A DNA stretch of 61,966 bases, counting the filler, from Globobulimina sp. (taxonomy: Eukaryota), in assembly GCA_003354225.1 (NCBI GenBank). It is 18 parts of 18 records of this genome, joined end to end, with 100 filler letters (N's around TTAATTAATTAA, not from the genome) between each part and the next. Parts side by side here need not be neighbours in the genome. Positions count along the whole stretch, not along the records: positions 1 to 3,352 come from PIVH01003000.1; positions 3,453 to 6,804 come from PIVH01003001.1; positions 6,905 to 10,256 come from PIVH01003002.1; positions 10,357 to 13,708 come from PIVH01003003.1; 14 more parts are not named here. One strand, 5' to 3'. Both the position numbers and the translations under genes were made by a program. Below the pieces are notes generated by a model, which was not told the DNA's origin, made no database searches, and saw only the letters and a program-made list of their open reading frames with translations. Below, one piece after another: positions 1-11,880 of the stretch (its first letter is position 1; every line of letters starts with the position of its first letter).

Positions 1-525
1 ACTCAACAAAATTGTCACATCTGCGGCAAATATTCAGTTGCAAACTCAATCATTTTTGTTTAATAATTTACAGTGGATTGTTGCAGCAAAAGTATGTAAA
101 AAAAATCAACGTTTATTTGTGTGGCCGTATGTTCAATTATTGTTTTTGCCGCAACATTGGAAGAATATCATTGCGTGCGTCACATTGCATTGTCTCGAAA
201 CTGGAGCAAAGGAAACAAATATAATCGAAGCTGGAACTCAAACATTTGGATGGTCGAAAGCCAGCTTATCAACGCAGGAAATCTGTGATGAGAATTTGCA
301 ATCTTTATCATTTATGGCCACTGTCAATATATTACATATATCTCTGCAAAGTTACAATATAACATCTTTCCAAAGTATATGTTTTTGTGTATCAATGTTG
401 TATATATTATATATAACATAGGATCGTTATGTTTGTATAAGCTGACATTCAATGATTATAAAAACAATCAGGTATTAAAATGGAAGATACACAGTTGTGA
501 AAAACAGCATAATTTGAGCTTCTGA
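1..525 (+). pseudogene. 5'-partial host gene (MATH/beta-sandwich-like hypothetical protein), apparently truncated by a transposon insertion at 490
   Basis: Frame open from the contig start. GT-AG intron 375-421. Exon 2 reads RSLCLYKLTFNDYKNNQVLKWKI, then HSCEKQHNLSF* starting exactly at the CACAGT motif (490). Confidence 0.45.
490..505 (+). repeat. Candidate terminal inverted repeat end, CACAGTTGTGAAAAAC (RSS-heptamer-like)
   Basis: 6/7 match to the CACAGTG heptamer followed by an A-tract, as in Transib-type termini. The partner TIR is not in the contig. Confidence 0.45.
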
Positions 526-663
526 TATGAACATACTAACAAGGCGTTCATCTGAGACAAAAAAATACAAATATGACTTTTGACATTATGTATGTGTTAT
601 TAATGAGTTGTACGACAATAAAATCATATTTTCGCGGCACCTGACAAGGCCAATAATTATTTA

Positions 664-3352
664 TCACTTATTGCTCTTTCCGTTTGTATACGTCTGACAA
701 TATTTCGGAGAGGTTATTAAAAATATTTTTTCCATCATATATTGTACTCTTAATACTCCTTTTTGGTTTAAATAACATCTCCGGCAGTCATTACATATCA
801 CATGAAGCCCTTCAAGACCTTCTTCATCCAAATATCCGATTGGTACGCGATACAAACAACAAAATTTAACACAATGCTCCAAATAATGAAATTTTGGTGG
901 CATATTAATTTTTGTATTAATTTCTGTTTTTAATTTTAACCATTTTGGTTTTAATGTCTTTAATAATCGCGTTGCTTCTTGGCATTCTTGGTCAGGTAAT
1001 ACAGGTTTTGATTGAGAAATAATTTGGAATATACGATTTAAATCCGTCATAAATGGTTTGTTATATTTAAAATATTTTGAGGAGGAAAAATGTTGGCTGA
1101 TTGTCTCCCAATTTTTCCTGTATTTTTTACATTGATTTCCTTCCAATGCATTGAAATATCTGTTTCTATAAATTGCATATTTATTCATTTGCTGTTTATG
1201 TACTGTATAAATATTTGGATCCACTAAAACCATTTTTTCCCGCATTCTATTTTTTATATTAATTAATTGTTCATATTTTTGATATTTTGCGTAATATTTT
1301 TTTGATAAATCATTTAATGTTTTTTGAATGTTAGTTATGAACAACGAATTATACGAACGGGGATTTGGTGGATATTTATTTCGCTTATTTTTCCAATCAT
1401 CAATAATTTTCATTTTATCATTCAATTCTTGCGTTATTTTTAATATTTTTTTATTTGTTTCATTTATTATTTGCTTATAATAATTTCTATCACCATTTTT
1501 CCTTATCTCTGTTGTATGAATTAATAAACATTTACTAGTTACTCCTAAATCGATGTGTAACCTTGGCGGAATAACTCTGCTGGCTCCAGGATAGGGGTCG
1601 CCAGCTTCACCTTTTATACCTTTGCTATATTTCAATGGTGTTAAACCTTTCAATGATACTGTACCAGAAATTGCTTGTTTATATCGAATCATTGCTTCAT
1701 TGATAGTCTTTTCATTCCTATGAATAATTAAATTATCACCCAATCCATCCTTACAATCTGTCTCGCATTGAACACAAAAATATTTGCTGGAATGACTCCC
1801 TTTGTTATAACTGCAATCAAAACCTTCCAAATCACGACAATCTAAAAACAAAAGATACAATATTTCTGTAATCCATCCGTTTGCCTCAAACGAAACATAT
1901 TTAATATTATCTGAAATAGAAATCAATTCAATATGCTCTAAATTCCATGACTGTTTCCAAAATGTTCCATTACCTATTTGCAAATATAAATATTCATTAT
2001 CATTTGAATTATTTTTTTGTTTTTTCATTATTTTAATTTGTTTAATATCATTTACTGTTGTAACACAAATAAAATATTCTCCCAAATTATGACTGTGATT
2101 AATAATAAGCTGATTACTCCATTCCTTCATTTCAGGCATGACATATAATTTATTAATATTATAATATATTAAATTCCAATTTATTCTTCGTTTGAGCTTC
2201 TCGCATTTCTGTAATGAATATGTATTATATTCATTCTCTGTTACATTATTATTTAGCTTCCATTCGTTATCTAAACTCTCTTTAGAATACCAACTACATT
2301 GCAGATTACAACAATAAAATTCGCCGCCAGTTTTTATTTTTAAAACACAAGAATTATCTTTTAACAACTTAAGTTGTGTATATATTGGTTTTAATAAACT
2401 CGCAATGTTAGCAACATTTGATATTGCTGGTGTTTCCATATAGCAACATGGTCTTCTTCGACATGCTGCATTATTTTTTTCTTGTTTAGTACCTAATAAC
2501 AAGGCATATATTGACCCATGATCAGCTTTGTCAATTCCTGCAGAAACAAGCAATGTTTTATATCCTAATCTCGGCGATACAAATACTTTATTTTCATTTA
2601 ATTCATCATATAAACTTCTTACAATTACTTCATTTGGATTTGTAACCATAACACCGACAGATTTATATCTGTTATTATCATTATATTTCATTTCTGCCTC
2701 AGATATATCCATTTTCATCATTTTATATTTTGTAGTTTGCATTCTTTCCTCACCCACAATATTCCTCAATATTTTCTCATTGGAATATATATTAACACCC
2801 AAAATACGATGCAATTTTGCATTTTCTGTACAAAAACGACGCAGACTTTGTTTAGAATTGAGGAAAAATTCAGTGGTTTGGTGAGGTGTTAATTTGGTGG
2901 TTATATTCAATGCATCAATAAATATCTGTTTGTATAAATTCGATGTTGCAATATGCTGAATAAAATTCTTTTTAATGTCCATATTATTGCTACATTTTAT
3001 ATTCAAAAAATTATCTAAATTATGTAAATGTTTTTGCATATTATTATGAAGTGGCAATTGAGATTGATTAAATATTTTACATTTTGATAGATTTGTCGAA
3101 TGTTGGATAGTTGGAAAAGATACATGATCTTCGTTTGATTTTGATGTGAATGTATTCAATATATAATCAATAAACGCCCGAATATGTGAGCTTGGATTTG
3201 TTGATATTTCACTAACAATAATATCTAAACAATTATGTTTTGTTGCTTGCATTTGTTTTGTTTTCAAAGTGTTGTTTAATAATTTTATTTTATTATCTTT
3301 TTGTTTTATATTGCATAAATATTTTCTTTTCTTTTCATTCAATTCCTTTTTA
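664..3352 (-). CDS. RAG1-core-related DDE transposase (Transib/Chapaev group), 5'-partial
   Basis: Motifs in order: SAGID (D1), CRDLE..GSHSSKYFCVQC (D2 plus CxxC), VIPPRLHIDLG, LEGNQCKK, PPKFHYLEH, GYLDEEGLEGLH (catalytic E). Intronless; frame open to the contig edge. Confidence 0.8.
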
Positions 3353-3452
3353 NNNNNNNNNNNNNNNNNNNNNNNNNNNNNNNNNNNNNNNNNNNNTTAA
3401 TTAATTAANNNNNNNNNNNNNNNNNNNNNNNNNNNNNNNNNNNNNNNNNNNN
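3353..3452. other. Artificial contig linker N44-TTAATTAATTAA-N44 (first of 17)
   Basis: Identical 100-nt linkers start at 3353, 6805, 10257, 13709, 17160, 20611, 24059, 27507, 30955, 34402, 37849, 41295, 44741, 48187, 51633, 55078 and 58523. TTAATTAATTAA gives stops in all six frames, and contig lengths never increase along the window. Confidence 0.99.
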
Positions 3453-3601
3453 CTATAATTATCTGATTTATATCCATAATTCCTATACAAATGGTGCAAA
3501 AAACTTTAAAAAAATATTTTGTTCTGGACCCAGAGGTTTTCGGCAGAACTTCAAAGTTTTTTATGTTTTTCTTTGAAAACAACATTTTGTTTTGGACCCA
3601 A

Positions 3602-5330
3602 TCAATATGGAGCATGTATGACATCTAAATAATCAGAACATGTTTTTTCAATAATTCCCCTGTCCGGAAATGTAGCAGCCATTCCATAAACCCCTGCCAT
3701 TCCACATTTTTTATATTTTGCTGGATTCCTCATTGTTAATTGCATTGCTTTTTGCAAATCAACAATTAATTGATCAATTTCCCCAATCCATTGATGTCCA
3801 GCTTGAAAAAATAAAGCTGATGGAAACTGCAACCGACTTATTTGCCATCCACCAATTTCATCCAATGCCTCAGCGATGGCATAATCGCAATCTATTAATT
3901 TCCCTTTAAATTTAAACGCCACACCACATCCAATCGGGCGACCCAACACATCACAATCATCAATTTTTAATTTAATTTGCCCGCACAAATAATTTACACC
4001 GTTATGCAATGTAATCGCATCTTCCTTCAATTTATCCTTACCTTTACTTAGCAGCATGGCCCAAGCCACAGCTTTCAAGCCACCATTGGCCGATCCTTGG
4101 AACGCAGGAGAACAAAAAAGGCCGCCCGGCCAATTCACATAACAGTAATATTGATATGCTTTATATTCGCATTTATTGTAAATTATGGCAGAACAACCCT
4201 TGTCAGCTCCAGCTTGCTTATGCATATCACACGAAATCGAGCAGACGCCATCCACACGGAAATCGAAAGCAGTATTTATAGCATCACAATCATATAAAAA
4301 GGACAACAAAAAGCCGCCCAAACAGTTATCGACATGTACTGGAATGTTGCCGTTCTGCAATCTGGCAAATTGCTTCAATATCATCGACCACTGAGTACGG
4401 GAAACAGGGAGCACTCCCAACGATGCATATTGTCTGTTTATCAATGGCAGCTTCCAACTTATTCAAATCCACGGTGCCGTACAACTTTGCGCTGGTATTG
4501 ATAGCGACGAATCGCGCTTCGATTTGTAAGTAAGCACAAGATTTGGTGAAAGCAGGATGCGCAGTTACGGGTAATATTACATTTGGGACCACATTGCTGT
4601 GCAAACCACCAATTCCTCCAACCTTTTCACCGTAGCTTCGCCAACATTTCATTGCTGAAAATATACTCTCGGTCCCTCCACTTGTGATATTTCCTGCGGG
4701 TTCTGCAGCATATAACATTTTGGAAGCCATCGAAATTAGTTCGACATCAAATTTTCGTGTACCAGGAAATAAAAACGGATATAAAGTGTTGGAATGACTG
4801 AAATATAAATATGCTTCTTCTTTGATTGTAAAGTGTTTATCGATAATATTTATAATGTCAGATTTTTTGTCGTCGTCGGTGTTTAAATATTTTTCATATT
4901 TTTTATTCACTTTCACATAAATGCCGCCATGACCGCGCTTATTTTGTACTGCTTTTTCTTGCGATAATTGATATAATAACTCCTCGCGAATTAAATTGCG
5001 AGCGATGCCCTGATCAGGTAAATCACGGTAGATTTTATGTTTGGATGTCGGTGGTTTTAATTGTTTCATTAAATCTTGTCTTGATTTCTCTAATGCGGCT
5101 TCAATCATTTTATTGCCGCCGGGTACGTTCTTAACCGTAGTGATGATGAATAATTGTAATGTTCCAGAAAATCCGTATTTTAATAAATTAGTCACTAGTT
5201 TTTGAAATAAATACAATGTTAATAATGTCAATAATGTGCAACAAATGATTGCAAATGCATCTTGAGCAACAAATAGTGAATTTACGTATGTTCGGATGGG
5301 ATTTGTTATTTGGTCGAACAAAGGCAACAT
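3602..5330 (-). CDS. SGPL1: Sphingosine-1-phosphate lyase (PLP-dependent), frameshifted near 4350
   Basis: N-terminal TM helix; TSGGTESI, AHPAFTK, GSAPCFP, HVDNCLGGF, SCDMHK (PLP lysine), C-terminal GVYGMA. Split over two overlapping ORFs. Confidence 0.9.
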
Positions 5331-5392
5331 TGTTGCTAGTATTATTAAAAAATGTGGGATATTTAATACAATAAAAAAAATCTAGCTCAATA

Positions 5393-6229
5393 TCACCAAA
5401 ATATCAATTCCATGATCAAAACAGTTCTTGTGCCGTTTATTAGATTGGTAACTCGATGATTACATTTATCACCATACCACAGAGCAATATCGCCACTTTC
5501 CAATTGTACATTTTGTGCTTCTTTTTCGACATATTCATTATTGATTTTCTCCAATTTTTTTACTTGCAAGTTTGCGCCTTCATATTCCTTGCAATCTGAT
5601 AACATGATCACAATCGTAAGCAATGAGCCTAAATCACAATGCCATGCTACGTTTGCACCCTTCCCTTCATATTGGATATATTTGATACATTTGGTGCGAT
5701 ATGAATCATCCTTTAATAAGTTCCATTTCATTTTGACATCAACAAATTTGCAGTAATCGATCATTTTTATGTAAACATTTTGCGCAAATCTACTAAATAT
5801 GCTATCTAAATAAGTAACAGTATTACCTACGAATTCGATATTATAAACTGTTTTGCATAATATTTTGCTGTGATTTCGTTTCAGATCATTTTGATCGATA
5901 CGGCTCAGTGGAATAAAACACACAATATTGGCGAGCCCATTTTTTTTAGTATATTCAGATTCAAATATTTTCATTTGAACAACATCTTCTTTATCCTTTT
6001 CATCTTTTTTATCATTGTAAATTGTAAAGCTACCCAACACTTCACCTTCCACGTATTTTTGGTCAAATGCAACTTTTAATTTTGAATTTGGGTTTATGGA
6101 TATTATTGGTTCAATTCCACAAAGATATGTTGAATTAATCAGGTCGATTTCATGCCTATTAAATGCATTCTTTATTCGAACGCATAGTGGTGATATTTGT
6201 TCCAGATTTACAATATCATTAGAAAACAT
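5393..6229 (-). CDS. 2OG-Fe(II) dioxygenase (prolyl-hydroxylase-like)
   Basis: WHCD (HxD), YEGANL, HRV..GTR..L motifs. Confidence 0.75.
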   Translation of the reverse strand: MFSNDIVNLEQISPLCVRIKNAFNRHEIDLINSTYLCGIEPIISINPNSKLKVAFDQKYVEGEVLGSFTIYNDKKDEKDKEDVVQMKIFESEYTKKNGLANIVCFIPLSRIDQNDLKRNHSKILCKTVYNIEFVGNTVTYLDSIFSRFAQNVYIKMIDYCKFVDVKMKWNLLKDDSYRTKCIKYIQYEGKGANVAWHCDLGSLLTIVIMLSDCKEYEGANLQVKKLEKINNEYVEKEAQNVQLESGDIALWYGDKCNHRVTNLINGTRTVLIMELIFW

Positions 6230-6461
6230 ATTATCAGGCTACAAACTCAAAAACCTCAATCTTAGAGTTTTCTTAAAGTGCAAGGATAAGAAACACACTC
6301 AGTGTGCCAGGATAAGTGAAAATGACCACAATAAAAACGATACATTACAAATTACTGAATAAGCCACAAAAACTAATGGCAAAACAAATACTCCATATAG
6401 CAACAAAAAAGGAATTAAGAATTTTTATATCTACATAATAAACATAAATAAAATAATTTTT

Positions 6462-6762
6462 TTAAGCAGTAGTCTGTCCAGAATCTTTTTCATTGTCATT
6501 TGAGCCACCACCTCCTCCGCCACATTCTAACAATGGTACAGGTAATGGACATCCACAGCAATTTAATAAGGTCATGATATATATCAAAACATAGGCGATG
6601 CCGACTGCCCCAATAAAGAAATAAAAAAAGCCATTCCATGAACTTCCATCATGAATCAACCAATAATATCCACCGCACGCTAAAAATATATATGAACAAC
6701 CCATGAAACCAAATGATTTATTCCATAATGGGAACCATACCAAAGCCCATTGGTCGCAAATT
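6462..6762 (-). CDS. Last exon of a small multi-pass membrane protein (possibly TVP15/COPI-associated-like)
   Basis: Two hydrophobic helices. AG acceptor at 6763-6764. The 5' part is off the contig. Confidence 0.4.
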
Positions 6763-6904
6763 CTAAATGTTATATTTTGTATTTTATATATTTAATTAAT
6801 TAGTNNNNNNNNNNNNNNNNNNNNNNNNNNNNNNNNNNNNNNNNNNNNTTAATTAATTAANNNNNNNNNNNNNNNNNNNNNNNNNNNNNNNNNNNNNNNN
6901 NNNN

Positions 6905-7936
6905 AAAGAATATGAGAATGATTTTAATTGCATGTTTAGAGCACAAACAATATTAATTAAAGATTTACAAGAAACATATATTGCTGTTGTTAAACAATTA
7001 TTTGATGAGAAAAATCAAAAAAGTCATAAATTATATCAAGAAATGCATAAAATTGTAAATGAAGATTATATGAATGATAATTATCCTCAAATAATAAAAC
7101 AAGAATCAACAGAGCCTCTACAAAATGATGAAAATACGAATATTGTCGAAAATAATGATATTATAATCCAAACAATAAAAGAAGAAGAAACAGGAAATGA
7201 TTTAGAATCAAAACAAGAACCTCAGCAAAATGTAAACAATGTGGTAAGACAACAAAAAATGGAATGTATTGAGTGTGACAAAGAATTTCTGTTTGCGATT
7301 GATTTTGAAACTCATATGTCCAATGAACATGGTATAAGAAAAGCATTTAAATGTAATCAATGCGATAAAAGTTATGGTTCAAAGACAGCTGTAATACAAC
7401 ATATTGAAAAGAAACATTTGAATCAAGTAAATTATAAATGTGATGTTTGTGCTAAACAGTTTTATAATAAAACACATTGGAAAAATCATTGTCTAATTCA
7501 TAAAGAAGAGCGATCATTTAAATGTTCATTATGTAATAAAGCATTTAAACAAAAATGTGTTTTAAATAAACATATTAAATATACTCATAGTGACAATAAA
7601 CCATTCCAATGCAATCAATGTGATTCATCATTTAAAAGAAATTTTGATTTAACAGCACATATTCGTTCCATTCATAACAAAGAGAAAAGATTTGAATGTG
7701 ATATTTGTCACAAACAATTTTATGGTAAAGGTAGTTGGAGAGAACATTATCGAATACATACAGATGAAAGACCATATAAATGTGATATTTGTGAGAAAGC
7801 ATTCAAGAGAAAAGATACTCTTTCAAAGCATAAAGCAACGCACAAAGGAGTGAACCAACACAAATGCTCAAAATGCCATAAAACTTTTGCAACCAAAAAA
7901 GACAAAAAAAAACATAAAACCAAATGTAAAAAATAG
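6905..7936 (+). CDS. Multi-C2H2 zinc-finger protein, 5'-partial
   Basis: About 8 CxxC..HxxxH repeats with HTDERPYKC-type linkers. Confidence 0.9.
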   Translation, partial: KEYENDFNCMFRAQTILIKDLQETYIAVVKQLFDEKNQKSHKLYQEMHKIVNEDYMNDNYPQIIKQESTEPLQNDENTNIVENNDIIIQTIKEEETGNDLESKQEPQQNVNNVVRQQKMECIECDKEFLFAIDFETHMSNEHGIRKAFKCNQCDKSYGSKTAVIQHIEKKHLNQVNYKCDVCAKQFYNKTHWKNHCLIHKEERSFKCSLCNKAFKQKCVLNKHIKYTHSDNKPFQCNQCDSSFKRNFDLTAHIRSIHNKEKRFECDICHKQFYGKGSWREHYRIHTDERPYKCDICEKAFKRKDTLSKHKATHKGVNQHKCSKCHKTFATKKDKKKHKTKCKK

Positions 7937-8061
7937 TTATCAGCAACCACGTTCAACCACCAAAGGCTTGATAACGAAACAATATTCAGTGTTTTTGGAA
8001 AACACACAAGAAGGTACAGACTGCAGAACCATATGATACAAATAAGAAAAAATCATCGGAG

Positions 8062-9486
8062 TCATAATTTTACAACACTTCCAACAACAAAATTTGCAAT
8101 TTCTTGAATACAATCATCATTTAATTCATTCCTCAACAACGGATGCAACAATCCATTCAATTGCAAATATTGATTGATCACATTATAGGCACAGGTCATG
8201 CAAATGTCGTGTGTGTTTGTAATGTGTTGGTCACAATTATACCTCCAATCATATTCACATATTTCCAACCGACACAAATCGCAAAATGACACAATATTAT
8301 CAATATCATACAACTTCATTCCGTCCACTTTCTCCTTCAATCCATCAATCCGCGCCGATATAATATCTTTCCGAACAGCGTTCAAACCCATCCTACCGTC
8401 ACTCGACTCTCTCAAACAGGCAATTTTCCATTTAAACCTATCACTGTCTTCGAATAAAAAGTCACAAACCGTTTTCCCAACAAACCTGCCAATATATTTG
8501 AACTGATATTTATCAAATTCCATAAAGTCATTGCCACCAATACTGGCAATACAATTTGCCGCATAATCACCAAATACCCCTTTCAATGCTTTATATGTAT
8601 TAATAATATCATTGTCGTTACTTTTCAATAATATCATCCTATCCACATTTATCTGATTATCACTGATATCAATCACTACGGATAGTCGAATTCCGTCTAA
8701 ATATAATCTCGAACAATGCACATTGATATGATTTCGTTTCCGTTTTTTAAATTTAATGGAATGTCCTCGCTCCGCTGCATTCATTCCAAGCAAACACATA
8801 ATATCAAAATCATCCGAGTCTGCATCCTCTGCTGGATTGCCATTGTGATTATGATTATGTTTCTGTTCATCGCCAAATGCAAAAACATAATCATATTCTG
8901 AGGCGTGGTCAGGATCGGAGTTATAGGAATTTATGAGTCTCGTTAAGTTGTTTGGATGTGGCCTGATTTGGACATGATTGTCGGGCAAAAGTTTCATTAT
9001 TTGGCCTTCTCGCGAATAATATTCATTTTTGTCACGAAATTCAACATCATCGCCGACGTTGAATTGATGAGCAAGCAAAGAGGAGGGGATTTTGATGCTA
9101 ATTGTTTCACAAAATGGGGACCATTTATCTTTTAATTTGCTTCTCAATTTAAACTTTAATGCATAGTCTCGAATATCGATTAAAACTTTCAAACAAAAAT
9201 ATTCATAAGCTTGGATTTCATGATTTAAATATCGAAGGGTTTTCCATTCGTTATGGTTGCATTGATGCATTAATTCAAATTGATAGCGGGCGTCGTGCTC
9301 AATTTCTTGTTCGTAAAATGAATCAATGTTTAAAAATACAATTTGTACAATTCCATTGCTAACGCATGATACTTTTAATTGAGGGATAATAATTGATGGG
9401 TCAGCTAACTCGGCTGGTTCAGATTGTGTAAGATCAAGTTTCCTCTTCTTTGGAGGTGGTGAATCACCATATAACTGCCGTTTCAT
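8062..9486 (-). CDS. Hypothetical protein with NLS (PPPKKRKL) and C-terminal ZZ-like Cys/His cluster
   Basis: 474-aa ORF; CDLC...YNC...HDICMTC. Confidence 0.6.
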   Translation of the reverse strand: MKRQLYGDSPPPKKRKLDLTQSEPAELADPSIIIPQLKVSCVSNGIVQIVFLNIDSFYEQEIEHDARYQFELMHQCNHNEWKTLRYLNHEIQAYEYFCLKVLIDIRDYALKFKLRSKLKDKWSPFCETISIKIPSSLLAHQFNVGDDVEFRDKNEYYSREGQIMKLLPDNHVQIRPHPNNLTRLINSYNSDPDHASEYDYVFAFGDEQKHNHNHNGNPAEDADSDDFDIMCLLGMNAAERGHSIKFKKRKRNHINVHCSRLYLDGIRLSVVIDISDNQINVDRMILLKSNDNDIINTYKALKGVFGDYAANCIASIGGNDFMEFDKYQFKYIGRFVGKTVCDFLFEDSDRFKWKIACLRESSDGRMGLNAVRKDIISARIDGLKEKVDGMKLYDIDNIVSFCDLCRLEICEYDWRYNCDQHITNTHDICMTCAYNVINQYLQLNGLLHPLLRNELNDDCIQEIANFVVGSVVKL

Positions 9487-10356
9487 TCTTTGATGGCTTT
9501 GGCTGTTTTTCTATACAAAGGTTTTAACTGAAAACTGTATTAAAACTAATCATTTCATCATAATTAAAGTGTAAAAATGTGTCAATTCCTATAACGATGG
9601 TTTCAGTTATTTGAAACGTATCACACATAACATATAAAACAATAAAATTAGAACAAGTTAGGTTGCCATCCCACCTCCTTGTTTTATGATGGCATACTGA
9701 AATCACATAACACATGGAACGGAGTACATCACTCATTCAAACAAGTTGCAATTATGAATGACTGGAAGCAATTTGATACATGTTGATGGTGATTATATTG
9801 GATTGCTTCATTGGATCAAAATCATCATCAAATAATATCGGTTTTGAACTTCCGCTACAGCGGCATTCCAATACCGTTAACCACTCAAAACCGCATATTT
9901 TCAATTTAAAAATGTCTGCAACATTAACAGAAATGGAAGGAGCTCAAACAATTCCCGATCAAAAAGATGAGAGAATCAAAGAAGACCGCTACCAACGTCA
10001 TGCAAAAGGTGTCTCGCATAATTAATGCTAAATCGCTGGAAACAACCAAGAAACACAAAGATAACACACATTCACATTGCATCAAATTAAAATGCATTCA
10101 TATCTTGTTCCTGTTGCCTTTATTAGTAATCTTAATTATTTTTTTGCGACTGCTGCATAAATATAACGCACATTCAGCTATTTCAGCATCAGTATGAAAC
10201 TTAAAAATAACGCATTTGCTGAAAACAAAAACAAAACTATCAATGGCAGTATGGCGNNNNNNNNNNNNNNNNNNNNNNNNNNNNNNNNNNNNNNNNNNNN
10301 TTAATTAATTAANNNNNNNNNNNNNNNNNNNNNNNNNNNNNNNNNNNNNNNNNNNN

Positions 10357-10867
10357 CTATTTGTGTCTGTTTATCGACATCGATATCGATGTCGATGTCC
10401 TGAATATGGATATTGTGCATATCATTTGTTAGTAAATTCCGAATTATTGTTTGTTTGGACATTGCTTTTAATTTATTTAACAAATTATATTTTACAATTA
10501 AAAATTCAGAGTCTGATATTAAATTATTATTATTATTATTATTTGCAATGGAATTCTCATCATTTAATGCAAAATCAATACGTTCTTCTTTTTTGTTATA
10601 TGATGATGACGATGGCGAGCATGGAATGTATTGATTTTGATTTTGTTGATGCGATGATATGGATATTGAACGTAATCTATCTCTGCCTATTCGATACTTA
10701 CTACTATTCAAACGATCGCGATAATTAGTAATTATGATTTGTGATTGTTGATAGCTTGTCAGTGTATCATAATGTAAAGGAGCTGATGAATGAAGAGACG
10801 ATGATAATAATTGTGAATGTGATTTGCTTTCGCTTAAACAACTTGTACGTGATTGCAAATCGTTCAT
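10357..10867 (-). CDS. Low-complexity Ser/Asn-rich hypothetical protein, 3'-partial
   Basis: Open ORF to the contig edge; no recognised domain. Confidence 0.35.
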
Positions 10868-11177
10868 TTGTTTGTAATCGTTGCTTCAATGCAAAGTACC
10901 ATTCGTAGCCATTAAACAAATGTTGGTTGAGTAAGTCTAAAATAAGTCGTTTTTGGGTTTGTCGTTTTCTTGGTTTGTCTGAAACGATCCAACCAGGAAC
11001 ACTGAATAAATTATGTAAAAAAAACTAGCTAAAATAAGAAAAACATCAAGCAAACTAATTGAACAAAGTACAATATTCAAGAAAATAATATATATAAATA
11101 TAATACAAATAACAGCGCAGAAAAAAATGGAATTAAAGAGCTGAAAAATACAAATAATAAAAAAAAAGAAAATCAGT

Positions 11178-11790
11178 TTACAGAGTATCATGATAATCAT
11201 CATAATAATAATGTGGATTTATATAATCAATACTTAAACTTTTATTTTCTAAATCTTGCATTAATAATTTATTTTGTTGTTCCACTGCTTGTTCCATATT
11301 ACATTCTAAAGTCGTTATTATTCTCGTATTTAATGCATTATTGTCATTATTTAATTGCGTGGCTTCGGTGAGTGATGTCATTGAGGTCGAACTTATTCGA
11401 TTAAATGTCGGTGGTAAGTCATTGTTTTTATTTGTTGATATATTTATTTGCAATGCATCACGAAATCTATTCTCCATTTCTTGCGTAATCTAAATAAGTA
11501 CAAATTAATTAACGCATTTTTTATGTAAACAGTCATATATAATTAAACTTGCTCATATCGAGGAGAGAATATTGAGTTTAATGAATGTAATGGGGTTATT
11601 GTGATAGAATCAACTGAGTTTATGGATGGTATCATTGATGGGGATGAATGTGTTGATTGTATCTTAAATTTAAAAATCAAATCATTTGATATTGTTTGTG
11701 TTTGGTCAATTGATGCATAAATGTGTGTAAAACTGTAAATACGTTTTTTTCTGGATCTTTCTTTTTTGGTATGGTTTTAACGCAGCCCAT
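11178..11790 (-). CDS. Small hypothetical protein with N-terminal MGC (myristoylation/palmitoylation-like) motif
   Basis: MGCVKTIPKKKDPEKN. Phase-0 GT-AG introns 11663-11742 and 11490-11548 join into ORF 11178-11477. Confidence 0.55.
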
Positions 11791-11880
11791 TCTGTTCAGG
11801 TTTACGATAATGAAAAGATTTATAGAACTTCAGTCAGTACTTGCCATAAGTGAATGCTTTCGCTTTCAAGTGAATATTAA

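Larger units (their letters stand above)
490..3352 (-). mobile_element. Partial Transib/Chapaev/RAG-like DNA transposon; one terminus visible, the other beyond the contig edge
   Basis: RAG1-like DDE transposase ORF, plus the terminus-like sequence CACAGTTGTGAAAAAC 174 bp downstream of its stop codon. Confidence 0.6.

Noticed and set aside
1-525. Convergent gene next to the RAG1-like ORF as a RAG2-like partner
   Set aside because: No Kelch or PHD motifs, and it lies outside the putative terminus; better explained as the interrupted host gene.
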